A DNA stretch of 64,000 nt, from NCBI GenBank assembly GCA_964386665.1, contig CAYLQP010000003.1, positions 28,731 through 92,730 on the forward strand, in the 5' to 3' direction. The first letter of the stretch is position 1. Each line of letters begins with the position of its first letter. A program made the position numbers and the translations under genes. This document shows positions 39,367 through 49,602 of the stretch, piece after piece. The notes under the pieces were generated by a model. That model did not search any database. It was not told the DNA's origin and worked only from the letters and a program-made list of their open reading frames with translations. The DNA is from an uncultured Candidatus Saccharibacteria bacterium. Lineage in GTDB: Bacteria > Patescibacteriota > Minisyncoccia > Phycocordibacterales > CAIRYW01.

Positions 39367-40407
39367 CTAAACAGTAAAGTTATCAAGGTTATAAAACTCT
39401 TCTTCCTCAAATTTTTTCTTCTCTTCATTACTTCGATCATCGAGCGTAACCGCTGGTTTTTCTTCTGCGTCAGATCCACCATCGGTTACCTCCGATGCAA
39501 GATCAATTGGTGTTGCAGAGGTAAGCACCTGTGCTTCAGTTTGTGTGGAAGCAGGCAAATCAACGTCCGCCAACTTTTTCTGAAATCCATCTTTGATACG
39601 TTCCAAGATATCTCGAAGATCTGATTCGTTGAAATAATCGATATGGATTTTTCCTCCTTGAAGCTTCTTTTCAATTGACACTCGTGTACCAAGTACTTCG
39701 GTGAGCTTTTCTTCTATATCAACAATTTCTGGATGAGCCATCTTGTCGTGACGACGAACCTTTTCAAATGCAATTTTACGAGCAATCCCTTCTGTCTCTC
39801 GAACCGTCATTCGTTTGAGCATAATCTCCTTAAACAACACTAACTGTTCTTCAGGACGATCAATAAGCATAAGAAGCGGACGCGTATGTCCTTCCGAAAT
39901 CTTTTCTTCCGAAAGCGCTATTTGCATCTCTTCTGGCATTAACAAAAGCCGAATACTATTTGAAACATACTCTCGACTCTTTCCCACTTTCTTGCCGATT
40001 TCACCATGCTTAAGATTGAATTCATCTGCAAGTTTTTTGAATGCTTTTGCTCTATCGATTGGGTTTAAATCTTCTCGTTGAAGATTTTCGATGATTGCAA
40101 GTTCGAGTTTGAGTTTGTCGCTTTGATCCCCTGTTTTAATAATTGCAGGAACTTGAGTGAGCCCAGCAATCTTTGATGCTCGAAGTCGTCGTTCTCCAGA
40201 AATAAGTTCGTATTCAACTGCAAGACCTCCTTCTGGCTTTTCTACTTCACGACGTGTAACAACAAGCGGTTGAAGGATTCCATACTGACGAATCGAAAGC
40301 GCCAAGTCATTAAGACGAGCTGTATCAAATTCAATACGAGGTTGAAAAGGGTTTGGTTTGATTTTTTCGACTTCGATCCAGAAAATTGAGTTATTATAAA
40401 ATTCCAT
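39367..40407 (-). CDS. parB: ParB/Spo0J partition protein
   Basis: NPFQPR, GILQPL, GERRLRA, ENLQREDL, HTH. Confidence 0.95.
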   Translation of the reverse strand: MEFYNNSIFWIEVEKIKPNPFQPRIEFDTARLNDLALSIRQYGILQPLVVTRREVEKPEGGLAVEYELISGERRLRASKIAGLTQVPAIIKTGDQSDKLKLELAIIENLQREDLNPIDRAKAFKKLADEFNLKHGEIGKKVGKSREYVSNSIRLLLMPEEMQIALSEEKISEGHTRPLLMLIDRPEEQLVLFKEIMLKRMTVRETEGIARKIAFEKVRRHDKMAHPEIVDIEEKLTEVLGTRVSIEKKLQGGKIHIDYFNESDLRDILERIKDGFQKKLADVDLPASTQTEAQVLTSATPIDLASEVTDGGSDAEEKPAVTLDDRSNEEKKKFEEEEFYNLDNFTV

Positions 40408-40498
40408 ATTCTAATATTAATTAATTATGTAGATGATTATATCAAAAAAGCATCATTTTAAAAAATAAAAAAGTGTGTTACATTAGTATCGTTCCTTT

Positions 40499-40579
40499 GC
40501 CGGAGTGGCGTAATGGTAGCCGCGCTCGACTCAAAATCGAGTCTCGCAAGGGGTGAGAGTTCGAGTCTCTCCTCCGGCA
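40499..40579 (+). tRNA. tRNA-Leu(CAA), CCA not encoded
   Basis: Acceptor gccggag/ctccggc, anticodon stem ctcga/tcgag with loop ctCAAaa, long variable arm, T-loop gttcgag. Confidence 0.95.
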
Positions 40580-40631
40580 CAAAAATAACAAAAAAAATGT
40601 GCAACATTTTTGAAGTATTTTTTTTAGACAA

Positions 40632-40756
40632 GGAGGAGGGGTGAGAAAGACGGAGCCAGTATACAAGCGAACGAAGTGAGGCTTGTCGGCGAGTCGGGGT
40701 CGCGGGGCTTTTTGAAAAAAATAACCTGTGACCGAATCTCTCCTCCGGCACAAAAA
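40632..40756 (+). ncRNA. Putative structured RNA / dispersed repeat element (copy 2) ending in duplicated tRNA 3' end
   Basis: Closed by ggaggag/ctcctcc; cgaatctctcctccggcacaaaaa (40733-40756) repeats 40562-40585 with one mismatch. Confidence 0.65.
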
Positions 40757-40820
40757 GCGAAGCGGTTTTTTGTACCTGAAAGAAAGTTGCATATAATTTA
40801 GCGGTCGGGTAACTAAACAC

Positions 40821-41747
40821 ATGACACAAAATTCAAAACCAAAAATAATTGTTATCCTTGGACCAACTGCCAGTGGAAAAAGTGATTTAGCTGTGCATAT
40901 TGCAAAGCAATGTAACGGTGAAGTTATTTCTGCTGATTCAAGACAAGTATATAAAGGCCTTGATATTGGGAGTGGTAAAATCACAAAAAAAGAAATGCAA
41001 GGTGTCCCCCATCACTTACTTGATGTTGTGTCACCTAAACAAATCTTTTCTGTTGAAGATTTTAAGATCAAAGCACAAGAAGCGATACAGACTATTTTAA
41101 ATAAAGGAAAAGTTCCAATCATCTGCGGAGGGACTGGTTTTTATATTGATACACTGGTCAAGAATCTGGTTTTTCCTGAAGTCAAACCAAATCCAGCATT
41201 TAGAACAAAGAATCTAGAATTTACTGCTGAGAAACTTTACAAAAAATTACAAAAACTTGATCCAAAACGAGCAAAAACAATAGACCCTCAAAACAAAGTC
41301 CGCCTTATCAGAGCGCTTGAGATTGCAATCTCCCTTGGTAAGGTTCCAAAAATAACTTCAAAGCCGCTCTATGATCCACTTTATATTGGGATCAGTTGGG
41401 AAAAAGATGCGTTACAAAAACGTATTGAAAAAAGACTTCTCTCACGCCTTAAACAAGGAATGATAACAGAAGCTAAACATCTCCATGCAAAAGGACTTTC
41501 CTTTAAACGTATGGAAGCTCTTGGGCTTGAATATCGATACCTTGCAAGATATCTCAAAAAAGAAATAACAAAAAAAGAGTTAATCACAGAACTGACCCTT
41601 AAGATTTATCAGTATGCAAAACGCCAAATACAATGGTTTAAACGAGATACTGACATACACTGGTTTACAAGTAATGAACTCGATAATGTGCCCACCATCA
41701 TAACAACATTCCTAAAGTCTAATAGTGAGAAACCAAGCCTATTCTAA
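40821..41747 (+). CDS. miaA: tRNA dimethylallyltransferase
   Basis: GPTASGKS, SADSRQVY, CGGTGFY, YAKRQ. Confidence 0.97.
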   Translation: MTQNSKPKIIVILGPTASGKSDLAVHIAKQCNGEVISADSRQVYKGLDIGSGKITKKEMQGVPHHLLDVVSPKQIFSVEDFKIKAQEAIQTILNKGKVPIICGGTGFYIDTLVKNLVFPEVKPNPAFRTKNLEFTAEKLYKKLQKLDPKRAKTIDPQNKVRLIRALEIAISLGKVPKITSKPLYDPLYIGISWEKDALQKRIEKRLLSRLKQGMITEAKHLHAKGLSFKRMEALGLEYRYLARYLKKEITKKELITELTLKIYQYAKRQIQWFKRDTDIHWFTSNELDNVPTIITTFLKSNSEKPSLF

Positions 41748-42140
41748 TCCCTTACAATTGCTCGCAGGAGTATATCCAGCACGCCTTGCCTCCTCTGTCG
41801 AATTGAAAGTTATCTTGTTTTTTTCGGCTATCTGTTTAGCACCAGCACACCAAGGAAAGTGGTATTTCTTGCCACTTTTAGAGGCAACAACCACTGAGGC
41901 AACATTGGTAGATTGAGTAGGTACAGTTATCTCTGAAACTTGCTTTGAGGGAGAACTTGATGCTGATGAGGCCTTTATAATATCGATTCGAGCATCTTGA
42001 GCTTGGTTTGCACTTAGTTTTCCAAGCCCGTAAGAACCAAATCCAACCAGTATTATAATGAGTGTAACTAAAACCTCTTCTTTTACCGAAGCAAAAAAGA
42101 CCTTGATTTTTATTAAAAGATGCTTTATACTTTGAAACAT
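41739..42140 (-). CDS. Single-TM protein with Ada-like metal-binding C-terminal domain
   Basis: VASKSGKKYHFPWC...EEARRAGYTP..C. Confidence 0.75.
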   Translation of the reverse strand: MFQSIKHLLIKIKVFFASVKEEVLVTLIIILVGFGSYGLGKLSANQAQDARIDIIKASSASSSPSKQVSEITVPTQSTNVASVVVASKSGKKYHFPWCAGAKQIAEKNKITFNSTEEARRAGYTPASNCKGLE

Positions 42141-42183
42141 AAACGTAAATACAGCTTAATTATAACCTAAAAATACAAAATAT

Positions 42184-42456
42184 ATGTCAACCAAAAAAGC
42201 CGGTGGAGTAGCCAAAAACCTGACCGATTCAAAACCAAAATTCCTTGGAGTTAAACTCTATGAAGGGCAAACTGCAAAAACAGGTTCTATTATTGTACGT
42301 CAAAGAGGAACACGAGTACTTCCAGGAACAAACGTAGCAGTAGGAAAAGACCACACTCTCTTTGCTCTCAAGGACGGTGTTGTAGAATTTGGAGAAAAAC
42401 GAAAGAAAAACTTCGACGGAACTTCTACAGTACGAAAGATTGTCCACGTAAAATAA
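42184..42456 (+). CDS. rpmA: 50S ribosomal protein L27
   Basis: [25 protein letters not shown]. Confidence 0.98.
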   Translation: MSTKKAGGVAKNLTDSKPKFLGVKLYEGQTAKTGSIIVRQRGTRVLPGTNVAVGKDHTLFALKDGVVEFGEKRKKNFDGTSTVRKIVHVK

Positions 42457-42513
42457 CCCATCAAACAAAAAACACTCGCTTCAAGCGAGTGTTTTTTGTT
42501 TGATGGGTTATTT
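42451..42513. terminator. Bidirectional terminator, 30-bp perfect inverted repeat
   Basis: aaataacccatcaaacaaaaaacactcgct-tca-reverse complement; includes both stop codons. Confidence 0.85.
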
Positions 42514-42957
42514 CTTTGCGGGAGTGATGATAAGTTTAACCTCTGCTTTATGAGTATGTGCTTTTACAACAATAGTGTATTCCCCTACTTCTTTAATTGG
42601 TTTTTCAAGTTCAATAAAATCTGGACTGATTGAAGAATGGATCTTTGAAGACAAGATTTCTGCAATTTGTTCTTTATGAAGACCTGCAAAAAGATGCCCT
42701 TTGTCATTTGCTTTTTCTTCAATTTCAACCACCTTTTCGTTGATTTCATTTATACTCTTTGCAAGCAAGTCTTCCTGAACTTTCATATCATCTCGAGCAA
42801 GTGCTTTCAGTGCCTCAACTTTTTCTAACGCATCTTTTGTTGCACTTTTTGCTTTTCCTTGTGGAATCAAAAAGTTAAATGCAAAACCGTCTGAAACGTC
42901 TTTTACATCAAATTTTTTTCCCACTTTCGCCACATCTTTAAGAAGAATTACTTTCAT
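42508..42957 (-). CDS. rplI: 50S ribosomal protein L9
   Basis: MKVILLKDV, VSDGFAFNFLIP, GHLFAG, PIKEVG. Confidence 0.96.
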   Translation of the reverse strand: MKVILLKDVAKVGKKFDVKDVSDGFAFNFLIPQGKAKSATKDALEKVEALKALARDDMKVQEDLLAKSINEINEKVVEIEEKANDKGHLFAGLHKEQIAEILSSKIHSSISPDFIELEKPIKEVGEYTIVVKAHTHKAEVKLIITPAKK

Positions 42958-43044
42958 AGTATCGAATATATTTACATTAATAAGTTTCTGCCATTATAGC
43001 CTAAAAATCGTTTTTGTCTATATAACCTCTCAAAAGGTCACGCA

Positions 43045-44259
43045 TTATTTTAAGACCTGAACCGCTTTTTCTAGTTGTACATCTTTGCCACTTTTTTGTT
43101 CTTCAAGAGTCGGTTTCACTACGAATTTTGGAGTAATTCCTACCTTTGAAATATAGGCACCCTTTGGGAGAAGCCATCGTGCTACTGTTAGTTTAAGTGA
43201 CGTATCTTTTGTTACCGAAATCAATTCTTGAACAGATCCTTTTCCAAAACTAGTCTCTCCTACAAGTGTAGCAATACCGTAATCATTTAATGCTCCGGCA
43301 AGAATTTCTGATGCAGAAGCCGAACCACCATTTATCAAGATAACCATTTTTGCATTAGATTTGAATGTATTGTATCCAAGGCTTCGATGTACTTGAGCTT
43401 CTTTCTTATTACCATAATCTTCAGTTACAATTACTTTTCCTTGTGGCAAGAAATAACTCGCCATTTCAACTGCTGATTCAAGGTATCCTCCTGGATTATT
43501 TCGAAGATCAAGAATGAGTTTTTTGTAATTTCCTTGATTGAACTTTTGCATAGCATCTTTAAACAACGAAACTGAAAGAGCATTAAATTCAAAAAGCTTT
43601 ATTTTGTAGATTCCTCCTTCAAGGACTTCTGTTTCAAGAGTTGGCACAAGAATCTTGTCTCGAATAATTGAAATTTCAATTGGTTCTGGTTCTCCTTTGC
43701 GAATCAATGAGAGAGTTACTTTTGTTCCTTTTTTCCCTTTGATCCGTTTAACGGCTTCAGAAACTGTCATTGAAACTGATTCTGTACCATCAATTTTGTA
43801 GATAATATCTCCTGCTTTTACACCCGCTTTATCTGCTGGAGAATCTTTGATAGGTGAAATTGCCGTCAATACATCATCACGAATACCAACCACTACTCCA
43901 ATCCCCTCCAAACTTCCAGAAAGTTCTTCATCAAATAGATTCTTTTCTTCTGCAGGAAGATATTCAGAATATGGATCACCAAGTGCAGCAACCAACCCTT
44001 TGATTGCGCCGTCAATCTTGTCACTATCCGGTGTACTTGAAGCAGTGCCAGAATATACATATCTCTTATCCATCAAATCCCATACTTTCCAGAAATCACT
44101 TAGATCAAGTTTCTGTGAGACTTCAAGTTTTTTCGAATTCAAAAGTCTATCTTCTGCTGTTGCAAATTCAGACTTAACAAGCAATCCTGCAAAGAAAGAA
44201 ATACCAACAAGAAAACAGAGTGCAATAATAATGTGTATCTTTTTGTGTAATGTAATCAT
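43045..44259 (-). CDS. Carboxy-terminal processing protease (S41, PDZ)
   Basis: DPYSEY, DLRNNPGG, SASASEI, GKGSVQ. Confidence 0.95.
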   Translation of the reverse strand: MITLHKKIHIIIALCFLVGISFFAGLLVKSEFATAEDRLLNSKKLEVSQKLDLSDFWKVWDLMDKRYVYSGTASSTPDSDKIDGAIKGLVAALGDPYSEYLPAEEKNLFDEELSGSLEGIGVVVGIRDDVLTAISPIKDSPADKAGVKAGDIIYKIDGTESVSMTVSEAVKRIKGKKGTKVTLSLIRKGEPEPIEISIIRDKILVPTLETEVLEGGIYKIKLFEFNALSVSLFKDAMQKFNQGNYKKLILDLRNNPGGYLESAVEMASYFLPQGKVIVTEDYGNKKEAQVHRSLGYNTFKSNAKMVILINGGSASASEILAGALNDYGIATLVGETSFGKGSVQELISVTKDTSLKLTVARWLLPKGAYISKVGITPKFVVKPTLEEQKSGKDVQLEKAVQVLK

Positions 44260-44292
44260 ATATGTTTTATTATATCACCCTATAAAAAAATA

Positions 44293-45582
44293 TCATCTTT
44301 GTTGCCACTCCTCTTCTTGTCGCACCAAAAGCTTCTTTTGTTTTAGCCTATCTTGCAAAAGCGTTTCAACTACTCGCTCCATTCGTGCCCCTTGAGAACC
44401 TTTTATATAGACGACATCTCCTTCTTTTAAAATAGAATCTATTTTTTCTTTTGCTTCCAAAGAAGACTCAAACCAGTGCAAATTCTTCTTATCCATTTTT
44501 TTAATTTCGGCACCATCCAAAAAATCTTGTGCTCTCATTCCCACTGCCACAATTACATCAAATACACTTGCACCAAGTTCTCCCAAACGCAGATGTTCAG
44601 CAACAGAGTGACGCCCGAGCTCAAGCATATCTCCAAGAATAGCAATTTTTCTATGTTTTGTTTTGATGGTTTTTACAAGCTCCATACCTTCTTCAACCGC
44701 TAAAGGAGAGGCATTGTATGTATCATCGATAAGCACCATCTGGTTTTTTCCGGGAATAATATTCATTCGTCCAGGAGCGCATTGATGTTCACCAAATGCC
44801 AAAGATACATTTATAAGGTTAATTTCGAGATGCTTTGCAACACAAAAAGATGCGAGTACAGGATAAATATGCTGAGGTCCAAGCGCTTGTTTTAACATTA
44901 CAGGAAAACTACTTCCTTCTACATCGATTTTAACTGACATACCTTTTGGTACATCATCCTCATACACAATACTCGGATACGACGCTCCGACATCAGCCTT
45001 GGATTTAAGACCGAAGGTGATATGTTGATGTTTTTTATTTTCTTTTAGTAGCAACAAATCAGAATCATCTTGATTCAATACGATTACTCCGTTTCGTTTT
45101 AGTCCATTCAAAAGATTTGATTTTTCTTTGACCACATCTGCAACCGATGGATAAAACTCAACGTGCACTGGCACCTTTCCAATCCGAGTAAATACTGCAA
45201 TATCAATTTTGAGCCACGACATTACTCGAGCAATATCCCCTGGTCGATCTGCACCGATTTCAAGAACAAGCCAAGCTGGATATTCTGTTTTTTGAAACAA
45301 AACCTTTAGTCCTTTTATAATATTTAAAAACCACGTTTTAGGATCGTTCCACCCATTTGGTAATCCCAAGATTGTAAGGGGAATTCCTATTTCACTATTA
45401 AAACTTTTTTCAGTTTTACGAACAAAGTACGTTGTTTGAAGTGCAGTAAAAATAGCATCTTTTGTTGATGTCTTACCAACACTACCTGTAATACCAATAA
45501 CACGCGGTTTGTATTTTTTGAGTACTAATTTCGCTTCGAGCGTGAGAATAAATATAATTATTTTTTTTAGTATATGTTTCAT
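44293..45582 (-). CDS. murF: UDP-MurNAc-tripeptide--D-Ala-D-Ala ligase
   Basis: ITGSVGKTSTK, DDTYNASP, LGDMLELG, KGSQG. Confidence 0.92.
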   Translation of the reverse strand: MKHILKKIIIFILTLEAKLVLKKYKPRVIGITGSVGKTSTKDAIFTALQTTYFVRKTEKSFNSEIGIPLTILGLPNGWNDPKTWFLNIIKGLKVLFQKTEYPAWLVLEIGADRPGDIARVMSWLKIDIAVFTRIGKVPVHVEFYPSVADVVKEKSNLLNGLKRNGVIVLNQDDSDLLLLKENKKHQHITFGLKSKADVGASYPSIVYEDDVPKGMSVKIDVEGSSFPVMLKQALGPQHIYPVLASFCVAKHLEINLINVSLAFGEHQCAPGRMNIIPGKNQMVLIDDTYNASPLAVEEGMELVKTIKTKHRKIAILGDMLELGRHSVAEHLRLGELGASVFDVIVAVGMRAQDFLDGAEIKKMDKKNLHWFESSLEAKEKIDSILKEGDVVYIKGSQGARMERVVETLLQDRLKQKKLLVRQEEEWQQR

Positions 45583-45615
45583 TTTTTTAGTCATTAACTT
45601 GCAAATCAATCTATC

Positions 45616-47319
45616 CTATCTATCCGGCGGAATCTCATAATAATTCACTAAAAACTTACTTATATCAAGAAATGGTTCTGTAAGTGTATTTGATGCATAG
45701 GTCACCCCTTTTGGATAAACGGTATACAAGAATACAATAAACTTTGGATTATATGCTGGAAAATAACCAAAAAATGAGTGCAAATATCTATCTTCAAAAT
45801 ACCCACCACCGTTTGGATTAGCAATCTGCGCTGTTCCTGTTTTTGCGGCAACTGAATAATGAGGGTTTTTGGCTCTTCCATCAAGAAGTGATTCGTCCAC
45901 AACTTTTACAAGCATTCGTGTAATTTCATTTGAACTTTCTTCTGAAATAACCCGACGAACTGGATCTGGATCAATGTTTTTATGAAGCCCAGTTCGATAA
46001 TTAATCCGCTTGATCAAATGCGGTATGACTAGATTACCACCGTTTCCAAGGGTTGCAAGTGCACGAGTAATTGACACAGGAGTAAGTGCAATTCCTTGTC
46101 CAAACGATGCGGTAGCATATTCAATATCACGCGGACTTTTAAGGTTCCCAACAATGTTTGACACTTCATTTGGCAAATCAATCCCTGTCTTTTCTCCAAA
46201 CCCAAAGTCCATAAAATACTTCTTAAATTTTTCTTTTCCGAGCTTTTGATAAATGTACACCATTCCCGTATTGAGCGATTTACTCAGTGCTGTCTGCATC
46301 GGAATCTGTCCTCTTCCTTTTTTATCAAAGTTATAAATCGTCTCCGTATCAAGAGTAATTGATCCCTTGTCAAAATAAGTACTCTCCGCACCAATCACAC
46401 CCGCATCAAGTCCCGCTGCAACAGTAAGGGGCTTCACAATTGAACCCATTTCACGCACCTCCTCTACAAGTGGATTACCGAACACCGCAACGTTTGTTTC
46501 TTTTTGAAAATTATTTGGATCAAAGTTTGGAACACTCGCCATACCAACAATTTCTCCAGTCATAGGATCCATTATGATTCCTCCTGTCTCAGTTGAAGAC
46601 CATTTCGCATTAATACCCGCAACCGCTTCAGACAAATGCGCCTGTACAACAGGTTCAATAGTAGAAATAATATCGCCTTCAAGCACATCTTCTTTTGAAA
46701 CTGTTTTTTTAATATTTGAAAATACTTCAACAAAAAAGTTGGCATACAAATCACTTCCTTTTCGAGAAAGTGTTTTTTCATAAAAACGTTCTAACCCGTA
46801 ACGCCCAGATAATTCATCACCCTTAAACGCAATGAACCCAAGTACATTTGAAGCTTCATTTCCCCCAGGATAAAACCGCCATTGCTCTTTGTACAAACGA
46901 ACTCCTGAAATCTTGAGTGCTTCAATTGCCTTTCCTTTGTCCTCTGGAACTCGTTTTGCAACCTCTTCGTAAGGATCATTTTTTTTCATTGCCTTGGCCA
47001 AAAAAGCTTCACGGTCAAGATCAATGATTGTATGTAACTTTTCAAATACCTCTTCTTCATTGGTGAGAATCTTTGGATTAATTGCAACAATAAAACCTGT
47101 TTTAAGGGTTGCAGCAGAAATAAGTCTTTTGTCTCTTGTCTCAAAAAAAATAGATCCTCGAGAAAAAATCGAGTTGTTAGGTTTCGAATATTGACGATCG
47201 GCATTTAAGACAAACTCATCGTGTTTTACAATTTGAAGAAAATATAACTTTCCTACAATTACAAACGCAACTGCAAGAATCACGGCTCCGATAATTCTGA
47301 TGCGTTTTTCAGCAATCAT
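45616..47319 (-). CDS. ftsI: Class B penicillin-binding protein (FtsI)
   Basis: GSIVK (SxxK), SLN, KTGTAQ; dcw context. Confidence 0.9.
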   Translation of the reverse strand: MIAEKRIRIIGAVILAVAFVIVGKLYFLQIVKHDEFVLNADRQYSKPNNSIFSRGSIFFETRDKRLISAATLKTGFIVAINPKILTNEEEVFEKLHTIIDLDREAFLAKAMKKNDPYEEVAKRVPEDKGKAIEALKISGVRLYKEQWRFYPGGNEASNVLGFIAFKGDELSGRYGLERFYEKTLSRKGSDLYANFFVEVFSNIKKTVSKEDVLEGDIISTIEPVVQAHLSEAVAGINAKWSSTETGGIIMDPMTGEIVGMASVPNFDPNNFQKETNVAVFGNPLVEEVREMGSIVKPLTVAAGLDAGVIGAESTYFDKGSITLDTETIYNFDKKGRGQIPMQTALSKSLNTGMVYIYQKLGKEKFKKYFMDFGFGEKTGIDLPNEVSNIVGNLKSPRDIEYATASFGQGIALTPVSITRALATLGNGGNLVIPHLIKRINYRTGLHKNIDPDPVRRVISEESSNEITRMLVKVVDESLLDGRAKNPHYSVAAKTGTAQIANPNGGGYFEDRYLHSFFGYFPAYNPKFIVFLYTVYPKGVTYASNTLTEPFLDISKFLVNYYEIPPDR

Positions 47320-47615
47320 CGAGAAAATGCAACATTGTCATTTCGTGCGACCGAAAAATGAGAAACTTCCACGAAACCAAGCGTCTTTGCTTTTTCGAGT
47401 GTAATATCTGATGTAACATTAACGTATGCAAATTCGAGCTCACTCACTGTTGTCTGCAAACGAACCAACTCTTGTTCAGCTTGTTGTCTCGCAAGCGTAT
47501 TTGAAACAGTAAATCCAACAAGAAACATATATGAAGCAATCAGTAATCCACAACAACTTGCAAGTATAAAAAATGTTTTTTGATTTGTGTATGAAAATGT
47601 TTTAGTGTTATACAT
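47316..47615 (-). CDS. ftsL: FtsL-like protein
   Basis: TM plus coiled coil, AKTLGF; lies between rsmH and ftsI. Confidence 0.65.
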   Translation of the reverse strand: MYNTKTFSYTNQKTFFILASCCGLLIASYMFLVGFTVSNTLARQQAEQELVRLQTTVSELEFAYVNVTSDITLEKAKTLGFVEVSHFSVARNDNVAFSR

Positions 47616-48516
47616 TGTTGTGTTTTTCTATAATACGCAATTTTGCACTGCGTGATCTTGGATTTGCTAATAATTCTTCTCTTGTTGGAACAATTGGTTT
47701 TTTGTTGATAAGCTCTGCTTTCCCTTCATCTTTGAGTGTTCGAAACAGACGCTTTACCACCCTATCTTCAAGACTATGAAATGTTATAACTGCGATACGT
47801 CCGCCAAGATGCAAAATTTCGAAGGCATCCTTAAGGGTAGTTTCAAGAACTTCTAACTCATTGTTAACCGCCATACGGATTGCTTGGAATGTTTTTGTTG
47901 CTGGATGAATCTTGCCTTTCCGATAGAAAGTTGGTACTGCACCACTTACGATATCTGCAAGTTCTTTTGAGGTCATAATACGCTTTTCTTCTCGAGCAAG
48001 AACAATGGCACTGGCGATTCGTCTGGCAAACTTCTCTTCACCAAATCCTTTAATGATTGAGAAAAGGTTTTCTTCTTCAAATTCGTTTACCACATACTCT
48101 GCAGTTAGTTCATCTTTGGTTGGATGTTTACTGAAGGTCATAAGAAGTGGCTCATCTTTGCGAAATGTAAATCCCCTTCCTGAAGTTTCTAGTTGATCAC
48201 TACTAAGTCCAAGATCAAAAATAAACTTATCAACCTCTGTTACCCCCTTTTCCTTCAAAACAGTTTTAAGATTTTTGAAGTTAGAAAGAATGTATGTCAC
48301 ATTTGCCTCAAGTCCCTGAAGTGAAAATTCAGCTCGGATAAGCGCATCAGCATCAGCATCAATACCATAGATAGTAACCTTGTCTTTGTGACGCCTGATC
48401 ACTTCCTTGGTATGCCCCGCAGCATTGAATGTTGCATCAACAACAACATCTCCTGAAGAAATATTGAGTCCGTCAATTGTTTCGTGTAAAAGAACTGTTT
48501 TATGAACTGTTTTCAT
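47608..48516 (-). CDS. rsmH: 16S rRNA C1402 N4-methyltransferase
   Basis: HKTVLL, DLGLSS, FQAIRMAVN, FHSLEDR, NPRSRSAKLR. Confidence 0.97.
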   Translation of the reverse strand: MKTVHKTVLLHETIDGLNISSGDVVVDATFNAAGHTKEVIRRHKDKVTIYGIDADADALIRAEFSLQGLEANVTYILSNFKNLKTVLKEKGVTEVDKFIFDLGLSSDQLETSGRGFTFRKDEPLLMTFSKHPTKDELTAEYVVNEFEEENLFSIIKGFGEEKFARRIASAIVLAREEKRIMTSKELADIVSGAVPTFYRKGKIHPATKTFQAIRMAVNNELEVLETTLKDAFEILHLGGRIAVITFHSLEDRVVKRLFRTLKDEGKAELINKKPIVPTREELLANPRSRSAKLRIIEKHNNV

Positions 48517-48521
48517 CTTGA

Positions 48522-48956
48522 TTAAAATGCGCCGGTTTGACTAAGTTTTTCTGCCAAGCTATCTGCCTGCTTAACAATCTTTTGTTTGTAGTCTCCCCAT
48601 TTCTTTTCGTTCCACATTTCAATCCGTTTGTGCACTCCAATAAAGACACATTTGTCTTTAAGCGTTGCATACTCTCGTAAATACTCAGGAATCAAAAGAC
48701 GACCAAGAGAGTCTATTTCGATTTCAACAGCTCCACCAAACATAAAGCGGTTAAATTCTCGGGTGTCTGATCGCATCATTCCAAGTTTTGCGATTTCTTC
48801 GGAGATTTTTTCCCATTCCTTCACTGTGTACAAGAACAGACATTGTTCAAGTCCATAAGTGGCAACAATTTTTTTTCCAACTTCTTTTCGAAATTTCGAA
48901 GGAAGTGAAATTCTTTTTTTGTCGTCGATTGTATGAGTAAATTCTCCGATTAACAT
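48522..48956 (-). CDS. mraZ: Transcriptional regulator MraZ
   Basis: MLIGEFTHTIDDKKR, DSLGR; true start 48956. Confidence 0.96.
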   Translation of the reverse strand: MLIGEFTHTIDDKKRISLPSKFRKEVGKKIVATYGLEQCLFLYTVKEWEKISEEIAKLGMMRSDTREFNRFMFGGAVEIEIDSLGRLLIPEYLREYATLKDKCVFIGVHKRIEMWNEKKWGDYKQKIVKQADSLAEKLSQTGAF

Positions 48957-48980
48957 ATGTTTTTGTGATACAAAATGATT

Positions 48981-49030
48981 TACCACTTCATACCACTTAC
49001 ATAACATTATATCCCACTTCAACCCATATG
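48981..49030 (-). promoter_or_regulatory. MraZ-binding direct repeats overlapping dcw promoter
   Basis: AGTGG boxes in roughly 10-bp register (ccact at 48983, 48993, 49014) around TATAAT. Confidence 0.75.
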
Positions 49031-49050
49031 CAAACAAAGTTTTCCACAAT

Positions 49051-49097
49051 TATGGCGCTCAATTTTGGTTTCTTCGAAACCAAAATTTAGCGCCATA
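49051..49097. repeat. 22-bp near-perfect inverted repeat
   Basis: tatggcgctcaattttggtttc-ttc-gaaaccaaaatttagcgccata. Confidence 0.8.
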
Positions 49098-49194
49098 CCG
49101 CCCCCCCCCATATTTTACAAAAAAAGACATTTAATATATAAAAAGTAAATATATTTCACACGGACACGGACACCAAAAACATACAGAACCCCCA

Positions 49195-49278
49195 GTGTTA
49201 GCAGCACTGCTCATTGTGTTAACCTTACTTGCCTGCGCATTGTATTGCGCATGGAAAGCAGGCTTACTCACCTTCTAA
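49195..49278 (+). CDS. Putative small hydrophobic peptide
   Basis: GTG start, MLAALLIVLTLLACALYCAWKAGLLTF, immediately followed by terminator 49280-49312. Confidence 0.45.
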   Translation: MLAALLIVLTLLACALYCAWKAGLLTF

Positions 49279-49471
49279 CGACGAAATCCTTCACAGGATT
49301 CGTCTTTTTTTTATGCGCGACATAAAGTGAATGAAATACAGAAGTGATCTTTCTTATTTCTGAGCCAAGGGACTAATCGGGTAACAACCCCGATACCCTG
49401 CGTCGAGGCTGTTGATTTAAAAACCATTATGTTATAAACGTTTTTCTTCAAAACACAACAAAAACACAAAT

Positions 49472-49500
49472 TTGACTACTTAACAAATAAATAGTATAAT
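49472..49500 (+). promoter_or_regulatory. sigma70 promoter
   Basis: TTGACT-17-TATAAT. Confidence 0.7.
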
Positions 49501-49602
49501 AAGTCCAGTCCAAAAGAGTGTCTTTGTGTTGCCTTCCTGGCACCACATCGTAACAACTTACGCTCTTTGACACACTACTCAACGAAAAAACCAACTCGTC
49601 AC

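Noticed and set aside
40580-40756. Prophage or integrative island at tRNA-Leu
   Set aside because: The att-like repeats are only 171 nt apart and there is no integrase.
40458-40984. ORFs 40458..40829 and 40478..40984 (-)
   Set aside because: Antisense to tRNA-Leu and miaA; shadow frames.
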